Shown here in pieces: positions 52,856 through 61,950 of a stretch of 64,000 nt of DNA (positions are counted from its first letter, which is position 1; every line of letters starts with the position of its first letter). The position numbers and the translations under genes are program-made. The notes beneath the pieces are model-generated. The model saw only the letters and a list, made by a program, of their open reading frames with translations, did no database searches and was not told the DNA's origin. This stretch comes from a virus (taxonomy: Duplodnaviria > Heunggongvirae > Uroviricota > Caudoviricetes), in the IMG/VR virus record IMGVR_UViG_3300044846_001093, positions 1 through 64,000 of that record. One strand, given 5' to 3'.

Positions 52856-53773
52856 TCAAATATCAATGTATTGAAGTTCAAAGCGATCAGCGCAGTCCTC
52901 ATAGTTGATGTAACCACGTGGATTACATACAATACGAGTTGAGCCAATCATGTAGTCAAAACGATCATGTGTATGACCGTGTGTCCAGAGTTTGATCTGT
53001 GGATGATCGAGAATAAACTCAGACAAGTCGGAAGAGTATGCACCATTCATCAAAACATCGTCTTGATATTGTGGCTTTGTTGACAACTTACATGGAGCGT
53101 GGTGACCCACAACTACAAATTTGTCATCAAACATTCCCTCAATAACATGGCGAATATATTCTTTCATGGCTACATGATCTTCATATGCATCTTCTGGGCT
53201 GAATCTCGCAATTTCTTCTTTGAATTTGAATCCATCCTGAATCGTCATTCCTTTTTCATCAAGTGCATATTGACCAGCATCGTCACGCTTGTATACAGGA
53301 ACTTTGCGAGTGAGTTTTCTCTTACTGTTTTGAACAATGCGAAAATCATTCATCATACCACGAACATGATACAATGTTAGTGCATCGCCATTGTTCATAT
53401 CAGTCCACAAAGTGCCACCGATAAATGTCACACCATCCAAGGTAACATACTCACGGTCTAGAATGTGGAGATTTTTCAGATAGCCAAGTTTCTCTTTGAG
53501 TCTAGGAAGAGACAATGCATAATCACCATGATAGTGTTCATGGTTGCCTGCAACATACAAGACCGTAGGAAATCGCTCCGAGCATTCTTGAAAGAATGTG
53601 TGATAGCGATTAGACTTGTCGGTTTCACCCAACAGATTATGGACATCCTGGTCGTTCAACTCATTAGCTAAACAAATGTCACCAGAAAGAATCAAAACAT
53701 CAGCGTTTTCTGTGTTTTGAAGAGAGATTGTTCCGAACTCTAGGTGTAGATCGGATGCAAGTGCAATTTTCAT
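52856..53773 (-). CDS. Calcineurin-like metallophosphoesterase, 305 aa
   Basis: DLH...GDI...GNHEHYHGD motifs. Confidence 0.75.
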   Translation of the reverse strand: MKIALASDLHLEFGTISLQNTENADVLILSGDICLANELNDQDVHNLLGETDKSNRYHTFFQECSERFPTVLYVAGNHEHYHGDYALSLPRLKEKLGYLKNLHILDREYVTLDGVTFIGGTLWTDMNNGDALTLYHVRGMMNDFRIVQNSKRKLTRKVPVYKRDDAGQYALDEKGMTIQDGFKFKEEIARFSPEDAYEDHVAMKEYIRHVIEGMFDDKFVVVGHHAPCKLSTKPQYQDDVLMNGAYSSDLSEFILDHPQIKLWTHGHTHDRFDYMIGSTRIVCNPRGYINYEDCADRFELQYIDI

Positions 53774-53831
53774 AATATAAGATGCCTTTCTATGCTATTA
53801 GTGTAACACAGAAAGGCTTTCCTGTCAAGTA

Positions 53832-54323
53832 TTACTCTTGAAGAAGAGTTTTATTTTTGGTAGAAGTGAGTACTTTATCGTTACCACCAGAAGCGATTGG
53901 AATGCGTTTTGGCAGCTTTTCCTCAGGAATGACGTTCACTAGCTTGACGGTCAGGATACCGTTCTCCAGAGCCGCTCCATCCACTTGAACCGTGTCCGCT
54001 AGGCGAACAACTTTCTTGAATGCGCGAGTACCGATGCCACGATGCAAATAAGAACGATTCTCATCCACAGTAGCTTTCTTGCCACTGATGGTCAATTCGC
54101 CCTTTAGCGTTTCAATTTCAATTTCGTCTTCCGAGAATCCAGCCACAGCAAGTTCAACCAAATAATTGTTGTCGTCTAACTTGACGATGTTATGTGGTGG
54201 AAAAGTGTTTGCTGGAAGTTTGTCTAGCGCAAGTTGATCAAATGCATCAAAGAAACGATCAAAGCCGACAGTTTGTGGCACCAATGGTGCAAAGTTTATA
54301 CGTCCTAGATTTAGGTGCGTCAT
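53832..54323 (-). CDS. Small heat-shock protein (Hsp20/alpha-crystallin, IbpA-like)
   Basis: 163 aa. GFDRFFDAFD, alpha-crystallin core, IPI-like C-terminus. Confidence 0.85.
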   Translation of the reverse strand: MTHLNLGRINFAPLVPQTVGFDRFFDAFDQLALDKLPANTFPPHNIVKLDDNNYLVELAVAGFSEDEIEIETLKGELTISGKKATVDENRSYLHRGIGTRAFKKVVRLADTVQVDGAALENGILTVKLVNVIPEEKLPKRIPIASGGNDKVLTSTKNKTLLQE

Positions 54324-54553
54324 GAGTTTTCTCCTATAAAAGCAAGTTATGAAATATCTGCCTCGAAAGCACAGAATAAACCGGTTACAAATCCGGTGTT
54401 GTCTTATCGGAACAACTGCTCTATTCCCGCTGTGATCATATTCAATGGCGTTGAATATTATATTTTACGTTGTGATTACAGAGCAACGGACGCCTGAGAG
54501 TAATTACTTATTCTCTAACCGTTAACGTCAAACGGCCCTAAGGTGGGTTCTAT

Positions 54554-54561
54554 TATTTATA
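54554..54561 (-). promoter_or_regulatory. T4-type late promoter TATAAATA, ~230 nt upstream of the hsp20 ATG
   Basis: Exact TATAAATA on the minus strand at the 3' end of ORF 54557..54739. Confidence 0.35.
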
Positions 54562-54739
54562 CAATTTTGACAAAAGCAGCACCATTCACAAAGTACTTTC
54601 TTTGTGGATTTTGCTCAGTGTACACTTGTATGAATGTCATTGTGCTATCAACACGTTTCTCATACAGGTTGCTTGTTATGACAACTTCACCTGTATAGAT
54701 GTTCTTTAGCTTCGTTAGTTTCTCTTTCACTTTTTTCAT
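54557..54739 (-). CDS. Hypothetical protein, 60 aa
   Basis: ORF. Confidence 0.4.
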   Translation of the reverse strand: MKKVKEKLTKLKNIYTGEVVITSNLYEKRVDSTMTFIQVYTEQNPQRKYFVNGAAFVKIV

Positions 54740-54748
54740 AATATAAAA

Positions 54749-55150
54749 TCACTCTGGACTCTTCTTACCTATGTTGTATTTGCTGATTAGTTGCCAATCA
54801 TCCTTCTCACGGAAAGGAATGATCTTGATCTGGTGAATCTCGGCGATCTTGTCTACCATAATTTCTGGATTGACAATCGTAACTAAGCCCCATTGCTCCA
54901 GTAACTTAGCGATTGCATTACGTCTTTCAATATCATTGTCTATGATGCTAGATGGTTTTCCATCCAGTGCAAACAGTTCTTTGAAATGTGTAATGTAGTA
55001 TTGGCCGCGCTTGTGTAGGATATGACACGACTGGTACAGTATCTTCTCCTTGCGAGAAGACACACCAATCCGAGTCAATGTTTCACGTACCTTCAAAAAA
55101 TCATCTTGTTCTTTCAGCTTCACCTCAACAAATGTTGATAAATCTACCAT
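54749..55150 (-). CDS. regA: Translational repressor RegA
   Basis: 133 aa. FLKVRETLTRIGV...ILYQSCHILHKRGQYYITHFKE closely matches T4 RegA. Confidence 0.8.
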   Translation of the reverse strand: MVDLSTFVEVKLKEQDDFLKVRETLTRIGVSSRKEKILYQSCHILHKRGQYYITHFKELFALDGKPSSIIDNDIERRNAIAKLLEQWGLVTIVNPEIMVDKIAEIHQIKIIPFREKDDWQLISKYNIGKKSPE

Positions 55151-55152
55151 GG

Positions 55153-55539
55153 CTACTTCCCCAATCCACCTTTATCGGCTTTTTCTTTTAGTTCTTGGAT
55201 TTGTTTGTCAGTAAGCAGTCTGAGTGCATCCCTAGCTTTCGCATCAGAGAAACCGTAGAAAGATTTTATACATGCTATATCATCACTTTTTTCAGGCTTT
55301 ATCCACTTATTGAAAGGCCTTTTCTTAGCCCTGATAGTATTTAGTAAATAATCATTCTGTAACTTTTTATCCAGTTGGTGTCTACGATTCATTTCATTGG
55401 CATACAATACACAGTCTTTATGATATGACAGTGCTCGGTTGACCATGAAAGGAACGTATTCAGCCTCAGTAGGTTCATCAACGATCAGTTGTTTCTTACC
55501 TTGCAGGATTTGATTTGCGAATTCAAATGGATTACTCAT
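55153..55539 (-). CDS. Hypothetical protein, 128 aa; position equivalent to T4 gene 62 (clamp-loader small subunit), tentative
   Basis: Directly upstream of regA as gene 62 is in T4. Identity unverified. Confidence 0.3.
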   Translation of the reverse strand: MSNPFEFANQILQGKKQLIVDEPTEAEYVPFMVNRALSYHKDCVLYANEMNRRHQLDKKLQNDYLLNTIRAKKRPFNKWIKPEKSDDIACIKSFYGFSDAKARDALRLLTDKQIQELKEKADKGGLGK

Positions 55540-56537
55540 TTTCTGTAAATCTCTGTTATATCACTACTCTTGGCATTTCCGATATCGTTTTGCAACGCAG
55601 GACGTTTACTACTAACTACAGCACAAGATTCCCATTTATTATAATTCATTTTTGTATGAGCGACAAGCACATCATCAAACATATTCCGTCCCGCAACTTT
55701 GCCTACATTCCAACAACTGACACCGCCATCATTTAACAGAAGTAAACTTTTATGGATCAATGGCTCCAAAAATACAGTATTCCAATTATCATAGTTGGAT
55801 GTATTTTTAATGGACTGCGTATCTTCATGAGTGTAAACTTCCAAATCAAAATACGGAGGGCTTGTTAGCACCATATCAACATTAGGCAAAGAGTATTCTT
55901 CCATTTTCATTGCGTCATCACAAATCAATCTAACCCTGTTCTCAATTCCCAGAAATACAGACAATTTTGCAAGATTTTCATATGTTTTTGTGTTTGGTTC
56001 AAAAGCGATGTACTCAGCGCCAGATGCAACAACACCCAACATTCTTCCACCCCATCCAGCACAGGGATCAAAAACAATTTTTGGTTGATATTTCATACAC
56101 AATAATTTAGCCATTTGTGGACGAAACATGGTACTCTTAGTCATGCCACAACAAAAATAAATTCCTCTCCTCAATTCCGACAGATATGGTGTACTATGGC
56201 TCTTTCTATTCCATCTCAAAATTTTCTCAAGATTATTTTTTGTCCAAAGATTGGTGAAACTTTTTCCCTTGTTATTTTCAATGTCGTAGAAATTAGGAAA
56301 GAAGTTCTCACATAATTTCATGCCGATTCGTGAAGTTGAATTTATGTAATCCTCATTCGTCTTCCACTTGCATAGATTGTTCCAATCAGTTTTTAGCTGT
56401 TGATTCGTATACTGCGTAATGTACTCAACGTTTTGCAATTGTGTAGCGAGTTCAGGAAGAATACGTTCAAATTCAACATCACTTAGATTTCGTGTAGAAT
56501 TTCTAACGTTCAAAAAATCTTTAATGTTTACATCCAT
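55536..56537 (-). CDS. DNA methyltransferase (N6-adenine/N4-cytosine class) with ~140-aa N-terminal extension
   Basis: Motif I DPCAGWGG. Motif IV LTSPPYFDL. Confidence 0.7.
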   Translation of the reverse strand: MDVNIKDFLNVRNSTRNLSDVEFERILPELATQLQNVEYITQYTNQQLKTDWNNLCKWKTNEDYINSTSRIGMKLCENFFPNFYDIENNKGKSFTNLWTKNNLEKILRWNRKSHSTPYLSELRRGIYFCCGMTKSTMFRPQMAKLLCMKYQPKIVFDPCAGWGGRMLGVVASGAEYIAFEPNTKTYENLAKLSVFLGIENRVRLICDDAMKMEEYSLPNVDMVLTSPPYFDLEVYTHEDTQSIKNTSNYDNWNTVFLEPLIHKSLLLLNDGGVSCWNVGKVAGRNMFDDVLVAHTKMNYNKWESCAVVSSKRPALQNDIGNAKSSDITEIYRK

Positions 56538-57085
56538 AATTCAATTCCTATTTTCTTCACGCCGTCATTCAACCACGTATCCATTCCTTGCAGAATTCCA
56601 GAATCTTCCAGAAAAGAGTAATTACTGGCAAACATATAATCATCATTTTTTCCGGACTCACCACCTTGTTGATGTTTGAATATGCGCTTATTTGAATTGA
56701 TGTTTGCCATAAAATCTTCTTTGTAGATCCAATTCATGCGAAAATGATTGTCTGGATTTACACCAAGTAATATAAGTCTTTCCCAATCTTTGTGACAAGC
56801 GAGATGGTTAAATGTAAAATAATCTTTTCTTCTACTAAGACTAAATTTTATTTCTGTGTTGTATCCATCAATAATTCTATCGTGTCCAATATTAGTCCTC
56901 GGACAAACATCACTACAACGTTTTTCCATAATCTTAGATACTAGAATTTCTCCGAAAGCACCCATTTGAGTGCCTGATAAATGCAAATATCCCTCATATA
57001 GGGTTCCCAACCAAGGATCAAAAGTTTTTTCTTTTACATAATTTTGAAGAGTACCATCTTCAAAGAAAATATCAAAAGAAGTCAT
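56528..57085 (-). CDS. Hypothetical protein, 185 aa
   Basis: ORF. Confidence 0.45.
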   Translation of the reverse strand: MTSFDIFFEDGTLQNYVKEKTFDPWLGTLYEGYLHLSGTQMGAFGEILVSKIMEKRCSDVCPRTNIGHDRIIDGYNTEIKFSLSRRKDYFTFNHLACHKDWERLILLGVNPDNHFRMNWIYKEDFMANINSNKRIFKHQQGGESGKNDDYMFASNYSFLEDSGILQGMDTWLNDGVKKIGIELWM

Positions 57086-57369
57086 GCTAACATCCTAATC
57101 AAACCGATAGTGTCAATGGCAGTAAGCAAGAGGTAGTTAGCCAACATGCCAAAAGATTTGCGAGTAAAAGCAGCCCAAGCATAGAGGCTACACCCGATAA
57201 TCCAAATAGGGTAAAGAGCAAGTAGGGGCGGATTCGGGACTGTAAGAGCCATGGTAATGCTACAGCCAATTGAAATAGCCCAAGCAAGCAACTCAACGCC
57301 AAAACGAAAAGGATGAGAGTCGAGATCATGTTTTATCCACTCAATTGTTGGTTTGAAGATTTTGATCAT
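57082..57369 (-). CDS. Small membrane protein, 95 aa
   Basis: Two or three TM segments. Confidence 0.4.
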   Translation of the reverse strand: MIKIFKPTIEWIKHDLDSHPFRFGVELLAWAISIGCSITMALTVPNPPLLALYPIWIIGCSLYAWAAFTRKSFGMLANYLLLTAIDTIGLIRMLA

Positions 57370-58301
57370 TTGAATTCTACACCAACCATCAACTCAGTCA
57401 GACATGCTACAGTGTTGATTTCAGCATCGGCAACGAATGCATGTTTATACTGGTAGTCTGCAAGAATGATGACAGCTTGAGGAATACTCTGTGGCTGCAA
57501 TACATCATACATTCCATCATAGAGTTTACGATACAGTGTAGCAGGATCAATATCGGTTGATGCAACCCACTTACGCAATGCACCAAAGTCTTTGTCTTTC
57601 AAAAACTTGATGACTTCACTCATGCTTACGTCACCAACTTGCGACAGAATACCAACGTCAATAGTCTTATCTACGTTGGATGAATATCTCTGCAACTCAT
57701 TCAGTACACGGCGAAAGTCTGGAAAGTGTTTCTTCACGACCTCAGCAATTACTTTAGGATCAAACTTGACATTTTCCTCAGCAAGAATACCAGAGACTCG
57801 CTTGAAGAATTGACCAGCCATTCCAGTTTTCTCTGGAGCTTTCAGAGTGAAGTCAACAACTGCACAGCGACTGTGTAGTGGGTCAATGATCTTGTTTTTG
57901 AAATTGCATGTGAAGATGAATGAGCAGTTAGATGCAAACTCTTCAATCACATTTCGGAACGCAGCCTGTGCGTTTGGTGAAAGATAATCAGCCTCATCAA
58001 CGATAATGACTTTTCGCCCACCAGTGAATGACATGGTAGAAGCAAAGTCTTTGATCTTGCTTCGTACCATATCAACACCAGTTTCATCTGAGCCGTTGAT
58101 AACCAGATAGTCTGCATCAACCTCATTACACATCGCCTTAGCAACAGTAGTTTTACCAACACCTGCGCCACCATGTAGCAACAGATTTGGGATTTCATTC
58201 TTGTTGACGTACTCCTGAAAAGGAGCTTTCAGACGATCAGGAAGAATACACTCAGCAATAGTTTTAGGACGATACCGTTCCGTCCACAAAAGATGTTCCA
58301 T
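57366..58301 (-). CDS. gp44: Clamp loader large subunit, T4 gp44 homologue (AAA+)
   Basis: 311 aa. Walker A GGAGVGKTT. EKYRP-like start (ERYRPKTIAECILP). Confidence 0.9.
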   Translation of the reverse strand: MEHLLWTERYRPKTIAECILPDRLKAPFQEYVNKNEIPNLLLHGGAGVGKTTVAKAMCNEVDADYLVINGSDETGVDMVRSKIKDFASTMSFTGGRKVIIVDEADYLSPNAQAAFRNVIEEFASNCSFIFTCNFKNKIIDPLHSRCAVVDFTLKAPEKTGMAGQFFKRVSGILAEENVKFDPKVIAEVVKKHFPDFRRVLNELQRYSSNVDKTIDVGILSQVGDVSMSEVIKFLKDKDFGALRKWVASTDIDPATLYRKLYDGMYDVLQPQSIPQAVIILADYQYKHAFVADAEINTVACLTELMVGVEFK

Positions 58302-58342
58302 AATACCTCATAATAAAAAATAAATCAATTTGAATGGAACAA

Positions 58343-59026
58343 TCAGGCTTCGCTGTTTGAACCAATCTCAGTTGCGATCCAATACTGAATCTGCTTTGCG
58401 GTATTCTTGAAACTTGCGATACCCTTGAATGAGATAGACACATCGTATGTGCCAGGAATCATTTTCAAGTTTTCTGTTTTGAACAGCATGGTATATCGCT
58501 TACCGTTTCCGTTACCAACATCAAGTTGATTTGTGTGTGCCGATGTATTCTTATTGTCCAATGCATGTATAAAGATTTTTGATCCATCAGACTTGACAGC
58601 AACGTGTGGCGTGGCAAGACGACCAGATGCTTTTACAATGTGTTCCAAATCTTCCTGTGACAACTGAAATGATACATCAGGTGCAGGCATAGTAACGCCT
58701 TTTTCTGGTGCATTCTTGATGTTGCTTGCATCACAAATGCGATACACTGTTTTGCTCCGACCAGATGCGGCTGAGACAACAACAGACTTGGTAGATTCAT
58801 CAAACTCAAGTTGAGAATTCTCACCCTCAAGATCAAGTGCTGACAAGAAACGATTCAAGTCAAAGATGCCAAAATCGTTGGGAATGCTTTCACCGATTGT
58901 AGTCTCAGCGAGAACCTGTTTCTGTGCGTCACATGTACGCAAAACATTTCCTTGACGAAAGACAATTCCATCATTGATGTTTGCAAAATTCTTCAAAATA
59001 CTCAGTGTGTCTTTAGATAGCTTCAT
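58343..59026 (-). CDS. gp45: Sliding clamp, T4 gp45 homologue
   Basis: Start at MKLSKDTLSILKNFANINDGI, almost identical to T4 gp45 N-terminus. 227 aa. Confidence 0.9.
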   Translation of the reverse strand: MKLSKDTLSILKNFANINDGIVFRQGNVLRTCDAQKQVLAETTIGESIPNDFGIFDLNRFLSALDLEGENSQLEFDESTKSVVVSAASGRSKTVYRICDASNIKNAPEKGVTMPAPDVSFQLSQEDLEHIVKASGRLATPHVAVKSDGSKIFIHALDNKNTSAHTNQLDVGNGNGKRYTMLFKTENLKMIPGTYDVSISFKGIASFKNTAKQIQYWIATEIGSNSEA

Positions 59027-59047
59027 AATATACTCCAATAAAAAATC

Positions 59048-59077
59048 AATTGTACAACATTCATTCTGCTTTGTCAA
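59048..59077 (-). promoter_or_regulatory. Sigma70-like promoter upstream of gp45 (TTGACA-18-TACAAT)
   Basis: Minus strand reads ctgTTGACAaagcagaatgaatgttgTACAATtgattttttattGGAGtatattATG. Confidence 0.4.
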
Positions 59078-59426
59078 CAGAATATTTCACATCATGCTCA
59101 TACAGAAAATATAAACAACATGCGGCATGAGCGATGTGATGAATACCAGATTCTTTGTCCAGTTTTTCACCTTGTTTCCAAGCCCACAGATGACGTTGCA
59201 TGGCGGCAAAGTATCTGCGTTTAGATTCGGGTACTTTTTGCCAGTTGTCTGGCTCATACTTCTGTGCGCCGAACGTCAGAACCTTTACCATTTCCTCTAA
59301 TGCTAATGGCGGTATCAAATCGTAACGCAACTTATCGCCATCAAATTTACGACCAGGTGTCGGTCCTGGTGTTGAATCAGTTACACTCACATGGACAATT
59401 TCATCATCAGTAAAATTAGGCATCAC
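59061..59426 (-). CDS. Hypothetical protein, 121 aa
   Basis: GAQKYEPDNWQK motif, possibly all-alpha NTP-PPase-like. Unverified. Confidence 0.4.
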   Translation of the reverse strand: MMPNFTDDEIVHVSVTDSTPGPTPGRKFDGDKLRYDLIPPLALEEMVKVLTFGAQKYEPDNWQKVPESKRRYFAAMQRHLWAWKQGEKLDKESGIHHIAHAACCLYFLYEHDVKYSVDKAE

Positions 59427-60238
59427 AGTCTTCCAGTTAGCTCGGCGATCTTGGCCATATTACCAGTGAATGGATATGTACCGATGTGTTGTGTTTTCAT
59501 CCATGGGCATAGGAAGATTTTACCACCAATTTTGCGCCACAGTTGGCAGAACATGTAGTCCTCAGATAGATACCGATCAGAGCCACCACCAGTTGCACTA
59601 TCTTTGGTATCAATGATTGTGTCAAAGTATGCATGGATATATCGTGAGCCATCAAAGTTGGCTTGACCAACGTGATCGGGCTTGTATCGCAATTGTGGGA
59701 ATGCTTTTTCTAGTTGCGGGAATACTTCACGCTTGATCATCATGTAGCCTGTGCCAATTTCCATAACTTCAAGTGGCTCAGTGACTGAGAATTGTTGAGT
59801 GCCTTTAACAACGTTGAAAACATAATCGCCGACAAGTGCTTCCAACTCATGCGGAGGCAATTCAGGATGCTTTCGTGCAGCCAGTGCAACGTTTGACCAG
59901 TTGATTGATTTCTTTGGATATGGTCCACCGATAACATCTTTATCTAGTGCCAACATAGCAATTACATCCTGTGGACTGTAATGTATGTCAGAATCAATGA
60001 ATAGCATATGCGTACAATCAGAACGCAAGAATTCATCGACCAAATAATTTCGTGCGCGAGTGATTAGTGACTCATTGAATAGGAAGGAGAATCGTGTTTC
60101 AACTCCATATTTGGACATGAGTCCCTGTAAATCTAAACTCGCTTTGATATACATGCCATGGGCCATGCCTCCATACATCGGAGTGGCAATGAACAGTTTG
60201 TTCTTTTTCAATTCTTCAATTTTGACTTTGATTTCCAT
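59423..60238 (-). CDS. Putative GT-A fold glycosyltransferase, 271 aa
   Basis: LFIATPMYGG beta-strand. HMLFIDSDIHY DxD-like motif. Confidence 0.4.
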   Translation of the reverse strand: MEIKVKIEELKKNKLFIATPMYGGMAHGMYIKASLDLQGLMSKYGVETRFSFLFNESLITRARNYLVDEFLRSDCTHMLFIDSDIHYSPQDVIAMLALDKDVIGGPYPKKSINWSNVALAARKHPELPPHELEALVGDYVFNVVKGTQQFSVTEPLEVMEIGTGYMMIKREVFPQLEKAFPQLRYKPDHVGQANFDGSRYIHAYFDTIIDTKDSATGGGSDRYLSEDYMFCQLWRKIGGKIFLCPWMKTQHIGTYPFTGNMAKIAELTGRL

Positions 60239-60256
60239 AATGTTTCCATAAATAAA

Positions 60257-60283
60257 GGGAGTGATACAGTATATATCACTCCC
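60257..60283. terminator. Rho-independent terminator (9-bp stem) between 60306..60569 and the GT gene
   Basis: gggagtgat-acagtatat-atcactccc. U-tract on the minus strand (ccuuuauuuaugg). Confidence 0.55.
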
Positions 60284-60305
60284 TTGATCAGATTTTGTTG
60301 ATCAA

Positions 60306-60569
60306 TCAGGCAAAAGTGGCAACACGCTTTGTTTTTGTTTGAGTGGCCAACATGCGCTTAGTTGGCTTACCCAAACGATAGAAACTGATCTTGCGACCAT
60401 CTTCCAGAGTTTTGGTGTTGGTGTAGATAGCATGACCTTCTTTGCGCAACTCATTGATCCGTGCGGCGACATTGGCAACACCAAATCGTACACGGGCTTG
60501 TGCGGTAGTAAAGGTATTGTATCCTTCGGTTTTGCTCAGAGCAAGCAACATTTTCTGTTTTACGTTCAT
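60306..60569 (-). CDS. Putative winged-helix DNA-binding protein, 87 aa
   Basis: Basic helix-rich sequence ...TAQARVRFGVANVAARINELRKEGHAIYT.... Confidence 0.4.
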   Translation of the reverse strand: MNVKQKMLLALSKTEGYNTFTTAQARVRFGVANVAARINELRKEGHAIYTNTKTLEDGRKISFYRLGKPTKRMLATQTKTKRVATFA

Positions 60570-60685
60570 AAGAACTCCATAATAAAATCACACTTTGATA
60601 TATGAGAGGTGATTAAAATCTCATAACGCTATGATAGCATAACGCCCAGAGTAAATCAATACTCTAGGCGGTAAACATGTACTAA

Positions 60686-61888
60686 TTAGAAAGGAATTTC
60701 TTCATCGGCGGGAATTGGCACTGATTTAGGAACAGCTTGTTCATCCGCTGGCAATTTGGCTTTTGTAGCCTCAACATCCAGTTTAGTGTACAGATCAAGG
60801 AAGGATGTTTTGGTATCAATATCAAAACGATTCAGACACAAGCCAACAGCCTTCAAACGATCACCATGCACACCATAAGTTTTGCAGATGTGCACCAGAC
60901 GGCGAGTGGAGATAATTTCGTCCACACCACCTTCAGCAAAGGTCTTCCGTGTGATATCAGCCCAAGTCACCAACAAGTCGGCGAATTCATTATCTCCACG
61001 ACCGAATGCAGCCATTTCCTTACGCACAATTTTCTTTTCAACTGCGGTAGGTGGATATTCTTGTTCATACGTATTCAAGAAACGCTCAAGGAAGGCTTCG
61101 TTCAAAACGTTGGTGAACATATAGCGACCATCATCGGAGCCTTTACCTTTTGTGTTAGCCGTAGCAACAACGGTAAAGCCTTCAGCGGGTGCAACCAATT
61201 CATTCTTCTTTTTCAGCAAGAATGGTTTGCCTTCCAGAACACGTTGGAGACAAGCCAAATTCTGTGCACCATAATCGATTTCGTCAATACACAATACAGC
61301 GCCTTGTCGGGCTGCTACAGTAACAGGACCATCACGCCATTCCATCTGACCATTGATCAACACATAGTTACCAAGCAAGTCACCTTCATCGGTATCAGGT
61401 GTCATTGACACACAGATAAATTTACGACCAAGTTTGGCACAAGCCTGTTCAACAGACATGGTCTTACCGTTACCAGATTGACCAGTGATAAAGATGGGAA
61501 AGAATTGGTTGCTTTTGAAGATGGAAACCAAGTCATCAAAATTACCGAACGGAACATAATTCTTGTACTTTTGTGGCACAAGATTCTCAGTTTCCAATTG
61601 AGTCACGAGATTGGAAATTCGTGGTGCATCAACCACTTCTTTTTTAGAATCAGTCTTTTTCATAGGAAGAACATTTTGCACCAATGCAGTGGGCAATTTA
61701 TACATGCCACGTCCTGCACGATTGGCTAGGTCTTTGAGGAACCATTGAGGTTCCTTGATATCATTTTCGGCACACAGGTTTTTGACTTCCTGCAGTGTCA
61801 TAAACTCTTTACCAGTTGCTCCGGCAATGGCAATAAACTTCTCACGCTTGTCCATCTGAATGGTACGCATAATATAAACTCCAATCAA
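60686..61888 (-). CDS. cobS: CobS-like AAA+ ATPase (MoxR/cobaltochelatase small-subunit family)
   Basis: Walker A ITGQSGNGKT. Walker B VLCIDEID. Size ~400 aa. Paired with vWA protein. Confidence 0.65.
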   Translation of the reverse strand: MIGVYIMRTIQMDKREKFIAIAGATGKEFMTLQEVKNLCAENDIKEPQWFLKDLANRAGRGMYKLPTALVQNVLPMKKTDSKKEVVDAPRISNLVTQLETENLVPQKYKNYVPFGNFDDLVSIFKSNQFFPIFITGQSGNGKTMSVEQACAKLGRKFICVSMTPDTDEGDLLGNYVLINGQMEWRDGPVTVAARQGAVLCIDEIDYGAQNLACLQRVLEGKPFLLKKKNELVAPAEGFTVVATANTKGKGSDDGRYMFTNVLNEAFLERFLNTYEQEYPPTAVEKKIVRKEMAAFGRGDNEFADLLVTWADITRKTFAEGGVDEIISTRRLVHICKTYGVHGDRLKAVGLCLNRFDIDTKTSFLDLYTKLDVEATKAKLPADEQAVPKSVPIPADEEIPF

Positions 61889-61950
61889 TCAAATCAATAA
61901 ACTAATTATACAAGGAACATACCACAATGTCAAGTGGTATGTTGTAAAAA

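Noticed and set aside
52825-52947. N-terminal 41-codon extension of the peroxiredoxin ORF
   Set aside because: Would overlap the metallophosphoesterase gene by 92 nt and lacks an RBS. An internal ATG at 52824 has an AAGGAAA RBS and gives a canonical Prx N-terminus.
56528-57369. Assigning the 185-aa or 95-aa ORFs downstream of gp44 as the gp62 clamp-loader subunit
   Set aside because: Position after gp44 is suggestive, but the 95-aa ORF is a membrane protein and the 185-aa ORF shows no recognisable similarity. Left as hypothetical.
60737-61408. 223-aa plus-strand ORF
   Set aside because: Antisense to the CobS-like AAA+ gene, which has clear Walker motifs.
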